Assembly (NCBI RefSeq): GCF_009914755.1
Contig: NC_060947.1
Length of the DNA: 64,000 nucleotides
Source: the human T2T-CHM13v2.0 reference genome, Homo sapiens
Direction: 5' to 3' (one strand)
Numbering within the stretch: position 1 is the first letter of the stretch; every line of letters begins with the position of its first letter. The notes under the pieces are model-generated. The model had not been told where the DNA came from. It saw nothing but the letters and a program-made list of their open reading frames with translations, and ran no database searches. The translations under genes were made by a program, and so were the position numbers. Positions 46,837-58,699 of the stretch are shown here, in pieces.

Positions 46837-47859
46837 CATCCATAATATTACACTTTTACAACACTAATTTTTCATCTTCTTAGTTGATCTATGAAAAATG
46901 AGTGTTGTAAATATATAATATTACAATGTATATTTTTAAAAATTTTCTGATTGATTATGAAAAAAACTGTAAATTTGTGCCATTTAAATTTTTTGTAATT
47001 CAAGGCAGTCATTGAAACTCTATGTTCATACACTCTATCAGGTAAATAATAAGTATGCTCTTTTAGTATACATAAAGTAAATTTCGAGCTGTATACATGT
47101 ACTAACATATGCACACAAAATAGAAATTAAATAGAAATAATTAAGAAGATTAAACAAGATTTTAACTAATAAATTTTATTAATTACATAAAACTTTTAAA
47201 ACATATATTCTTAGTATCAGTGAGGACAATGTGATTAATACATCAAAACTGATGACCTTTACAATATTTTACTTCTTAATGAAGGTGACAGAGTTCCTAC
47301 ATTGAGTAGAAGTATCAGCTCTGCTATTTTATATCTCTTCTCCTGTGCTTGCATTATTGTCTTCAATCTGAGGTTGTATTGTGTTGTTCACTTTGTAAAG
47401 GCTAGTTTATTGAATCCACTCAGTTGAGTGTACATAGAACATATCACAATGAGGTCAGAATAAATAAAAGTCTAGGGCTGCCAATGGCCAACCACTGCCC
47501 TGCTGAAAACTCCTACTCTTTTTTTCCTCTGGATTCCTCTAATGATTGAGTGGTGAAGGCATCAGTGATGGTTCATATCTTAAATATTAGTGACACATAA
47601 TGTTGTACTTACTTTTTGGTTACATATAAAATAAATATTAAAACTCAAATATCTTGCTCTATCTTTGTAGGTCAGCTTTTACATTTTCTAGGGTATGCAT
47701 AACCTCATTTTAAGTAACTCCAATTTAAGATATATCTTACAAGAGCACATGTCACAGCTTATAAATTCTAGGAACTAGCTCTTTAAAATAAATAATTTGC
47801 CTGTATTCTCAGTAATTGTTCAATAGTTCAGAAATATGACAAAAGAGGAAAACGATAAA

Positions 47860-48160
47860 TGGTGGTTCTGCTTGGCTTCTGGTGAAGCCTCAGGGAGCTT
47901 TTATTCATGGTGGAAGGCAAAGGGGGAATAGGCACATCACATGGCAAAAGCAGTAGCAATGAAGAGAGGGTGAGGGCGAGGTTCCACACACTTTAAAATA
48001 ATTAAATCTTGCAAGAATTCACTCACTGTCAGGAAGACAGCACCAAGCCATAAGGGTTCCGTCCCCATGATCCTAACACCTTCCACCAGGCCCCACCTCC
48101 AGCATTCGAAATTAAAATTCAACATGAGATTTGGGTGGGGACAAATATCCAAGCTATATT
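47860..48160 (-). mobile_element. MSTB-like LTR fragment
   Basis: 'ggcttctggtgaagcctcagggagc...catgagatttgggtggggacaaatatccaagctatat'. Confidence 0.8.
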
Positions 48161-48376
48161 GGTGGTATTACATGATTATTTACTGCGAAGTGACTTGATA
48201 ATATGTTTGTCATTTAGACAGACCACATGTTATTAAGAATGAAAGAAGGAACTCAAATTCAGATAAGAAAATGCTATCACTGTCTTGAACTCAGATTTTT
48301 CGAGTCTTTCAACTTGCAATACTTACACTAGCAAGAAATGAATTCAAATTTCCAAAAAGTGTCTTGTCACACATAA

Positions 48377-48744
<368 letters not shown>

Positions 48745-49481
48745 AATTGAAGGGTATTTTTTTAAAAAAACTTCTGCTCCAGGCAACATAACATAATACC
48801 AAGATAAATATGACAATTTAAAAATTTGGGGGTTTCATAGGAGAGTGAATAAGATTATCATTTGAAATTGCAAAATAATATCTGGCAAAACCCCATTTTC
48901 TTCATGTCTACAATAAAATATCTTTTAACCAGAGTGTATTTTAAGTTATGCAAACTAATAGTTTGCAAGAGTTTCTCCAACTATATCATCACACTCAGCA
49001 GGTCATATGGAAGAGCACTGTGCCTTCATCACTTGTGATACAATTCCTTCTACAACTAAACTAATCTTTGAAACTCAATAATGTGATGTTTAAGTTTTAG
49101 CCACTGTGCTTTAAAGTGGCACTCAGGGAATACTTACATCTTGCAACATTTTAATTTAGAAACAAAGATTTTGGGACTTTCCTTGAATTTTACATTTACT
49201 TCGTGAAACATATTAGCCCTATTTTTAGAAATATGTATGAGTTAGGTGCAATTTATTTGAGTAAGCCTGTGGTGAGTACTTATATTTTTTAATTATTAAG
49301 TCTACTTTGAAGCATCAGTTCCTTTTAAATCCAGAAATAAATTTGTTCACTATTAATTTTGAAACATTTGAATTTGACTCCTGATCTTTTTGGATCATGG
49401 TGATGATACAAGTATAGAGTCATTTGTTTGATTTTTTTCATTTGTTTGTTTGGTTGGTGGGTTTGCCTGTAAAGATAACGC

Positions 49482-50274
49482 AGCCAGCCAACAGACATGA
49501 AAAAAAAGCTCATCACCACTGGTCATTAGAGAAATACAAATCAAAACCACAATGAGATACCATCTCACACCAGTTAGAATGGTGATCATTAAAAAGTAAG
49601 GAAACAACAGATGCTGGAGAGGTTCTGGAAAAATAGAAATGTTTTTATACTGTTGGTGGGAATGTAAATTAGTTTGACCATTGTGGAAGACAGTGTGGCG
49701 ATTCCTCAAGGATCTAGAACCAGAAATACCATTTGACCCAGAAATCCCATTAGTGGGCATATACCCAAAGGATTATAAAACATTCTATGATAAAGACACA
49801 TGCAAACGTATGTTTATCGTGGCACTATTCACAATAGCAAAGACTTGGAACCAGTCCAAATGTCCATCAATGATAGACTGGATTAAGAAAATGTGGCACA
49901 TATACACCATGGAATACTATGCAGCCATAAAAAGGGATGAGTTCATGTCCTTTGCAGGGACATGGATGAAGTTGGAAACTATCATTCTCAGCAAACTATC
50001 ACAAGATCAGAAAACCAAACACCGCATGTTCTCACTCATAAGTAGGAGTTGAACAATGAGAACACATGGACACAGGGAGGGGAACATCACACACTGGGGC
50101 CTGTCAGAGGGTGGGGGGCTAGGGGAGGGATAACATTAGGAGAAATACCTAATGTAGGTGACGGGTTGATAGGTGCAGCAAACCACCAGGGCAAGTGTAT
50201 ACCTATGTAACAAAGCTGCACGTTCTGCACATGTAACCTAGAACTTAAAGTATAATAAAAAGAAAGAAAGAAAG
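49482..50274 (+). mobile_element. 5'-truncated L1PA (about L1PA7/8), ~790 bp
   Basis: Open ORF2 C-terminus MWKTVWRFLKDLEPEIPFDP...RMFSLISRS; 3'UTR; TSD aagataacgc / aagataatgc. Confidence 0.93.
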
Positions 50275-50529
50275 AAGATAATGCTTATGTATTCATACAA
50301 CATTTGTAGTGCAAGTTGGTCCATCCATCACACTCTCTCAGAGTCTTAGCACATTTCTTAGAACCCTTTGAAGGTTTGTATATAAACATTCTGGTCATGC
50401 AACCAAGGTATTCTTTTCTTTCTTCCTGGGTACTGCTCTGCTCAGTTTTATTCTCTTCTTTTTAAATTGTCCTTTCTGATACTCCATCTTCTTTATTTTT
50501 GTTTTTCATGTTTATTTCAGTCGTTATGT

Positions 50530-50960
50530 CAAGGGCCAATTGGAGGAGATGAGGCTAGTAGTAGGAAAGTCAGTTAAGAGTCTCTTGAGATGATTGTAAT
50601 GTGAGAGAGTAATGAGGGTTCAAACAAAGGCAGTGTCAGTGGGAATGGAAGGGAACCCAGTGTAAAGTCAATTCCAGATAATTTGGCCACTTAAGCACAG
50701 AGTGAATGGTTAAAGAGATGATAATGATACTTTTATTAGACTGAGAGATCTTTGAGGGCAAGGGATTTGCCTTTTATTTCTATATTCTCAGTACCTGCAA
50801 ATAGCACCTGACACATGTTAAGTACTCAAAAATTTCCCATTGAAACAATTGCATTATGCCACTAACAGATACAGGAAATAAAGGAGCAAGATCTCTTTCA
50901 TTGAATAATGGTCAATTTAGTTTCAGACATGTTGAATTGAAGATGCTGTAGATACCTGTG
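50530..50960. mobile_element. L2 fragments
   Basis: 'atagcacctgacacatgttaagtactcaaaaat'; 'tttagtttcagacatgttgaattgaagatgc'. Confidence 0.5.
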
Positions 50961-50997
50961 TTTTAAATTGTTTTACACAAACTGCTTATCCTCTAGG

Positions 50998-51220
50998 ATA
51001 GCACTTTCTAGTATAACTTTCTGCAAGGAAGTAAATTATCAATATCTGTACTTCCCAATATGATAGTCCCTAGCTGCATGTGGACTTTGAGCACTTGTAA
51101 TGTGATTATTGCAACTGAGCAGCTGAATTTTTTCATTCTTTTTACTTTACTTTAATTAATTAAAACTTATATTTAAATAGCCACAGGTGACTAGTGGCTA
51201 TTATATTGGCAAGTGCAGCC
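50998..51220. mobile_element. MER3-like hAT MITE
   Basis: 'tagctgcatgtgg...gagcacttgtaatgtg...aaatagccacaggtgactagtggctattatattgg'. Confidence 0.75.
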
Positions 51221-53435
51221 CTAGAGGCTCATCAATTAGCTGCTATTATACCTCTGATTAAACTTGAAATTCCTAGACCATCACCCTGTGGTGTGGCTCT
51301 TCCTAGGTAATGTTTTAAAGTAAAAGAGGAGATAAACTAGTTGAGACCTTCTCAATATTTTAAAATGAATAATTATTATCTATTTTCTATCCATATTGGT
51401 TCAAATTTCAGATACAGTGCATGATTGCACTACTGATGTCACCGGTCTGATAAACTGCTGAATATTCTATTTTCTGAAATGCATACAGGAAAAGCAAATA
51501 AAAGAATAATATGATAAGGTTGTAGAGTATAGCACCTTTACACATACATGCCTCGTTTTCCATTCATGTGTTAGCACTTTACAATACACTAAACCCTGAA
51601 TTTGTGTCTATATGTGTGTGTGTACACCTCCCCGCTACACACACTTATACTATATTATTATTTACAAAAAAATGAAGTCTTTAAAGTTTAATTATGATTT
51701 AAAATATTTTTCTACTACAAAATGCTTCATGCTGTGTAGATTCATCAAACAATGTGCATTTATCTAAGATTCTAGCTAAACAAATATTCTATGGCTGAGA
51801 GAATAAGCTCGATTTAGGCTGTATGCTACATAGACCTCTTCCCATTTGGCTTCTTTTTCTTTGCCTTATGCACATAAGATTACTGGAAACATGATCAATT
51901 TAGACCCATATTTTCAAATAATCTGACTTATATGTTTTGTTGTAGCTAGAAAAGTTTCAATGTAAGTACAGCTTTTTATAAACACTTCTATTTTTCACAG
52001 TTAAGGCCATAGTTTTGAATTTAATAATTACCTTATATATTTTTCCTAGTAGGTGGCTTTTAAATTTGTACATTGCAAAATGTAGTAGCAACTGCTACTA
52101 TAGTATTCCTCTAAAATAATAAAAGTTACACTCCACTTGAATTCATAAGACAGAGATCATTTTTATATTATGAAACTCTTGCATATGACTCACACAATTC
52201 TAGTAGTCTTAGAAACTCAAACCTACAGAAATTAAAGCTTATGCATTTATAAAGAGGATCACTGATCCCTATAGGTGGATGAGGAAGACTGTTTACTAAA
52301 TTGTCTTGATTCTCTTCAGTGAATATTTTATTAGCTTCCTTCACTCATTCTTAACAACACGGTGCTAAGGTGAAGAATGATTGCTTGGAATTTTTATTTA
52401 GAACCTTACTGCTGGATTTCCTTTATACCCATTTGAAACATTTTGGTGTTTGGGTGTTTTAGCTTGTAGGCTTATGCTAATTTGTTTGGAACACATCATA
52501 ATGATCTTTGCTATTGCTTTTCACAAACCTGACCATAATAAGCATTGTGTTATTAGAATGGGAAATGCGGAAGTGCTAATTAGACAAAATTTTAGCAAAT
52601 TAAAACATTAAAATACTGCTTTGGGTCCCACCCATAATATGCTCCTGCTCCTTTTTCAAGTTATTATTTTTAACTAAGTGGATAAAAAGGTCCTTTTTTT
52701 GTCTTAAATTCCATGTTTCTGTTGTAAGGTCCCCATGATTCATAGGTCTCTGTCCTCTACCCACTTATCCTACAAAGAAAATGCAACAAAAACAAATAAC
52801 CTTCTGGGAACCCTAACATTTTAAAATGAGTTTTTTAAAAAGGTCTAAATTGCAAACTAAAGAGTTTCTGACTAAAGCAACAGAAGTTTGTCTGATGCCT
52901 TGTTAAATTAATATTTCCCCATAGTGAATCACTTTATTGTTCTTACACTGATTCTAACTAAGAATATATATTTCTACGAAGTAAGGGCTTATAAAAAATG
53001 TAGTTCTCTCTAGCTTTCTTATTGGTAAAGTTGGGATTAAATTAGTTAGTGTTAATGTAGCAATAGTTGCTTGTAGTACTGTTTATTGTGTTACACTCTT
53101 TATTGTCATCAATTTAGTTTTACTAAATATTGTGCTAGAACAGTGATAAGTAGTTGATATGGAAAAGCTCAAATAAATTATTCAGTTAATGAGGATTTGC
53201 TCCATTTTCTACATTATCTTTACATACTTAGGACTGTGTTGGGTTACGTTTATACTTAATACAAAATTTCTTGAAGACTTAAAGAGGTTACTTTATTTTC
53301 CCAAGCCAACTGCCTACCCTGCTAGCCTCTTAGTCATGCCTTGTTAAAAATGCTGTTCAGTTTCTCTCCTCTTTACTGGAGGAATTCCCTCACAAAGCTA
53401 GTATGGTCTGGTTCCGACAAATGTGCATACTTTAG

Positions 53436-54026
53436 TGTTATGGGCTGAATCATGTACCCCTAAAATTCAGATATTGAAGCCCTAACCCCTAGTTACTTTG
53501 AACTGTGACTGTATTTGTAGCTAAGGCTTTTAAGGAGGTTATTAAGTGCATTTTAAAATAAAGAATCTAACTCTATTGCTTGTAACTCAAAGGATACATG
53601 ATTGAGGGGATGAATACCTCATTCTCCATGATGTACTTATTTCACATTGCATGCCTGTATCAAAACATATCAGGTACTCCATAAATATATACACCTACTC
53701 TGTACCCACAAAAATTAAAAATAATAACAATTTAAATGGATAAATAAATCCGGCCTAGAGTGGACTCTAATCCAGTCTGCTTGGAGTTCTTATAAGAAGA
53801 GGAAACTTGTGCATAAAAGAGTTACCAAGCATGAACTCGCACAGAGGAAAGAGCATGTGAGGACATAGGGGAAAACACAGTCATCTGCAAACCATAGAGG
53901 AAAGCCTAAGGAGAAACTAAACCTGCCAAAACCATGATCTTGGACTTCTGACCTCCAGAACTGTGAGAAACTAAATTCTTGTTGTTTAAGCCATCCTGTC
54001 TGTGGCAGCCTTAGCTAACTACTGCA
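53436..54026 (+). mobile_element. MLT1A/B-type solo LTR interrupted by an L1 3' fragment
   Basis: TG...CA ends; TSD-like tttag/tttgg; 'atcttggacttctgacctccagaactgtgagaaa...ttgttgtttaagcca'. Confidence 0.8.
53547..53750 (+). mobile_element. L1MA 3'-terminal fragment inside the MLT1 LTR
   Basis: 'catgcctgtatcaaaacat...ccataaatatatacacctactctgtacccacaaaaattaaaaa'. Confidence 0.8.
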
Positions 54027-54436
54027 TTTGGAGGTAGACAGACAGACAGATAGATAGGATGAGGAAAGTGGATACCCAAGCCTTCAAAATAGTGGTTAAT
54101 AAAAGGCTGACTGTAGCTTAGATTAGTCAAAATACTTTGCTAGTTTTAAGGGCAATGGGTATTACTGCATCTTGACAAAGAGGCATAAAAAATGCAAATA
54201 TTGGGGCCGCTGAACATTCCAGATTGAGTCATAATTAATGTTTACACTTAAAAATGATGAGAGATTTAGGTCAAAAGACAAAAATGTGTTCAGAGCATTC
54301 ATACCTCCTAATCCAAATATCTAGAATGTTCCACACTCCTCAGCCGCTCGATTCATATACAGTTGCCGTTACATTGCAGGATAATACTTACATCCACATT
54401 TGGTGGAGGTGGGAAGAGATGGAAACTACCTTTTCT

Positions 54437-54593
54437 TTTTTTTATTATTATACTTTAAGTTCTAGGGTACATGTGCACAACGTGCAAGTTTGTTACATAT
54501 GTATACATGTGCCATGTTGGTGTGCTGCACCCATTAACTCGTCATACATTAGGTGTATCTCCTAATGCTATCCCTCCCCCCTCCACCCGCCCC
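54437..54593 (-). mobile_element. Very short younger L1PA (about L1PA3-5) 3' insertion
   Basis: 'ttattatactttaagttctagggtacatgtgcacaacgtgca...'; TSD accttttct at 54428-54436 and 54594-54602. Confidence 0.93.
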
Positions 54594-57238
54594 ACCTTTT
54601 CTGTCATTAACATAGTAGTTAACAAAGGTGTGAGCTGTTGGAAAAAGTGTATCCAAAGTTCTCACCAAAACATACACAAAACCACATTGAAATCCTTTGA
54701 TAAGATTTTAAAAACATTTCTATTCAAGCTTATTTGGAAAATGTGATACACAAACCATGAGAATACTACCTAATGTACCATTTCATATTAAATGTAGACT
54801 AAACAGTTTTAAATTTATAAAATAAATATTGATATAATCTCAGCTCCAATATTGCTGTGTTGCTGTTGCTGCTGTGATAGTGCAGTACTATGTTATTATC
54901 ATATTGTATAATTTAATGTCTTCTAAATGTATCTTCTTTTGTCAATATTTTGCTCATTTTATAAATTACAGTTCTGCAATGGTGAGGTAATTCATATCTT
55001 GAACATAGTGCTAAAATGATGTAGTGCTTCCATTTTTGCTCAGCAATTGATCTTTCAAATTTTTGCATTTTCTGGTATTAATCATGTTTATTGGCCTAAT
55101 GTTTCTATAAAGAATTCTCAGTGTTGCAGTGGTTACTTTCATAGTTTATTAAAATACTCCCTTCCCCCACCATCTCTCTTCATTACAGTATAACAATGTC
55201 TTATTGATTTTAATTGAAACTTCAAATTTGTTAACACTAAAATATGTCAATGCACCAAACCATAAATTACCTCCCTGCTCTTAAGCACATGCTGTACAAC
55301 AGCCAACATCTGGATGAAAAGAGAGAACAAGTGGTAATCATAGAAGTATTGCATGTTTTCAATGAACATAGCAGACCTCAACATGATCAAGGGAATGATT
55401 TCTGGTCCATTAAACCAGTCTATCAAATTCAACCAAATTTCCTACATACTAAGCTTTCATGCCATCTTATCTGAATGGCTTATAGCAGGACCCCAACAAG
55501 TAACTGCTAATTTCTTCCCACGTTTGATTGGAAAATCTGTGTCCATATCAGCAGGGCCAGATACCCTTCAATCTTTACATATACTGTGCTAGAATCCAGT
55601 GTTTCCTTATCTCAGCTCATCTAGTTGGAGGCTAGTCAAGACTCTCACTTTTGGATTACAGATTGACTTTGGCCACAAAAGAGCTTGAAAGAATACTGAA
55701 GAGGAGGACTGGAGTAAGGTTCTTCCTCTTCAGGACTGGAGTAAAAGTGGATGAGCGGACAGGAAGCTTAAACAATCCTTTCAGAGATTCTTAGCATGTA
55801 ATTTGCTTGAATAAATGTTAAATCTTGAGGAGGAATGCCAATTGGGCCTGAAGACATTTCCCTGAAAAGTTTACAACTCTCAAAACTGCTTTTGCAAATG
55901 TGGTTTTTGAAATAAAAGTATAAAAATGTTTGTCCCCTTTGACTCAAATTCCACTCAGGGAATTAATTGATTCTAAGGAAATAATTTAAATGAATGTTTT
56001 TGTTATAATGTAGACTATAATAGTGACAATTGGAAGCAATGTCCAGTGTTTGATAGTCATTACACTTTGTAGATATGAAGCAACATGACAGACTGCTTAT
56101 AATGTAAAAATGGGTATCCATATGAACAAAGTGTGGGAGGGAACTCAAAGAAGTGAAAATAAACACAATTTTCAATGTTGCGGATATGAGTATGTTGATT
56201 TTTCTACATTAAAAAAAAACATTAAATATACGTATTTTACAGAGCTCCCAAGAGTCCCAAGCCTAAACCCCACACACAGTGTCAGAGTTTTAGGCAGTAA
56301 GTGGGATGGTGTCAGCCAGGTAGAGTGCTAATGTTGCAGTCCCAGCATGGGAATGGAGGCAGAACCACTGACCCCTGAATGAATGAAGCACATCAAGCAA
56401 ATAGATGAAGCTGCCTGCACAACCATTTTGTTTTCTAAAGCCAGACTATGTGCTCCTGCAGTGATTGGAATCCCACCCTTTACTCCCCTGTTTAAAGTAT
56501 TCTCTTGAAAGAATGCCCTGGAAATTATTCTGTGTTTGTTTTCCATATGGTTTTAAGCAATGGTTCTATCCCCCATAGTATGCTAGATACCAGATAAAAT
56601 AGCTATGCCAATGTAGATCATGATAATATAGTATTCTGCATTTATACACACTTTACCTCACTCTCTAGCATGAAGGATCAAGGTAAGTATAATTTCAAAC
56701 TGGAAGCAATGGTTTCCTATTTTTGTCCAGCTTATTTTACACAAAACTCTAGTGTGTATGAATAGATTTGCTTCTCTGAGTGACCTGAGAAGAAAAGATC
56801 ATTTTGTTTCTTACCATGTATTTTTGCATGTTATCATGCTCTTACAAATGAGTGTGTTCTTTTTCAGTGATCAGTACAGTCCTTTAAAATATAGTATATG
56901 TATGTTAAAGGTTTAGAATACAAGGCAGTGGTGGTCAATTAATGTTCCTCAACATGTAAGTGCTTCTAAAAGCTATTCATTATGATTCCAGATTTGTTGA
57001 GACTACCAACAAGTCAAGAGTGCCTATACTATTATTGAGAATGATTTGGCCTTCCCAGAGGCAGCTTACATCTCTAGACTATTGAAAGTTTTTGAAACTG
57101 TCATAAAAATGAGTTAACTGTGTTCAATAATAATTTCCTAAGAGGTAGTATTCATGATTACAGCCCTAAAAGGGAATTTTAAAAAGCCTTCTTATGAAAG
57201 TTGTCAAGTTGAAATATGTTTATATGAATATTTTTCAG

Positions 57239-57397
57239 GTGGAAGTGAATCCTCCTGGGATAAAGATAAGATGCAGTCTCCATTTGCTGCACCTGGACCC
57301 CAACATGGAATTGCTCATGCAGCCCTAGCTGGCCAGCCAGGCATTGGGGGTGCTCCAACCCTCAATCCACTGCAGCAGAACCACCTGCTAACCAATA
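57239..57397 (+). CDS. DACH2: Dachshund homolog 2 next internal coding exon (159 bp, phase 1-1): (G)GSESSWDKDKMQSPFAAPGPQHGIAHAALAGQPGIGGAPTLNPLQQNHLLTN
   Basis: Acceptor tttttcag|GT and donor ATA|gtatgt; GC-richer coding-like island; phase matches exon 13241-13372; peptide recognised as DACH2. Confidence 0.92.
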
Positions 57398-57503
57398 GTA
57401 TGTATACTGTCCTCACAAAACTGGGTGTGTTGAACAAAATACTATCCAAGACCTACTAGAAACCTTTGGCTGGCAGGGCTTAGTCTATTTTTCTTCAATA
57501 AAG

Positions 57504-57586
57504 TTTAACAATTTAATATCAGAAGGGGAGGTAAAGAAGGACTCACTTTCCCTCTTTACCTCCCCTTCTGATATTAAATGGTTAAA
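57504..57586. repeat. Inverted repeat: 27-bp perfect arms extended by 6 bp after one mismatch, 15-nt spacer
   Basis: atttaatatcagaaggggaggtaaaga (57511-57537) is the reverse complement of tctttacctccccttctgatattaaat (57553-57579). Confidence 0.97.
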
Positions 57587-57654
57587 TCTTAAATACATAT
57601 AAGGGTACATGGGAGGTACGTGGAAAGTAGAGGTACATAAGTAGAGGTACATGG

Positions 57655-58215
57655 GAGGTTATGTAGCACAGTAGTTAAGAATATTGGCTAAAGTCACACA
57701 AACTTGTGTTTGAATTCCACATGTTTTGAATTCTTTTTTTTTTTTTTAATGGAGTTTTGCTCTTGTTGCCCAGGCTGGAGTGCAATGGCGTGATCGCGGC
57801 TCATTGCAACCTCCGCCTCCTGGTTCAAGCAATTCTCCTGCCTCAGCCTCCCAAGTAGCTGGGATTACAGGCATCTGCCACCACGTCCAGCTAAATTTTT
57901 TTGTATTTTTAATAAAGACGGGGTTTCACCATGCTGGCCAGGCTGGTCTTGAACTCCTAACCTCAGGTGATCCACTCGCCTAGGCCTCCCAAAGTGCTGG
58001 GATTACAGGTGTGAGCCACCACACCCGGCCACATGTTTTGAATTCTACATCATTGTTAGACGTTGGAGAAGTCACCTAACCTTTCCAAGTCTTAATATCC
58101 ACAACTATAGACTGTGGATAAAAATACATCCACTTAAGGTTACCGTGAGATCTCAGGATAATAAAATAAAATATGTTAACAGTGAATTGCATATAGTAAG
58201 TACTATATATATCAC
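57655..58215. mobile_element. MIR split by an Alu
   Basis: 'atgtagcacagtagttaaga...tgtgtttgaattcc' then 'aagtcacctaaccttt...gcatatagtaagtact'. Confidence 0.6.
57735..58030 (-). mobile_element. Alu (AluSq/Sp-like)
   Basis: 'gagttttgctcttgttgcccagg'; perfect 16-bp TSD acatgttttgaattct at 57719-57734 and 58031-58046. Confidence 0.95.
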
Positions 58216-58699
58216 AAGTAGTATTATTACTTAGCAATCACACTATAGCTAATGTATACAAATTCAGGTTTACATGATGTTTTAGGGACTTCAAAGACTC
58301 ACAAGTCTTTCTGCAGCAAAGCAGATCTTGTGTATATTACTTTTGTATATATCTTACTTTTCTTACAAATGGATAATCCAGGATAGGGTTTCATTACTCT
58401 CTTCCCTGACACTTTTATTCTCCCATTCTACCTTAGGATGAAGGCAACAGAGGAATTCTAAGACATTTTAATATGATGTTCCAAATCTTAGTGAAATTGG
58501 TCAGTTATTAAGCATACAAAAATAAGTTATGGTGTGATACTTTAAAGTGGTTATAATCTCAAGCATAAAATGTCCCATACAAAATGAAATGTTAAGCAAA
58601 AGCAAATGAAAGGAATGCCAGAAAAGTTATAAATATTATGTTATGAAAAGTTAAAAAAGGACTGATTAAAGTAGATTCAGGTTATAAAGAGGGTAATTT

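Noticed and set aside
55705-55744. Direct repeat aggactggagtaa x2
   Set aside because: Only 13 bp and two copies; no further structure
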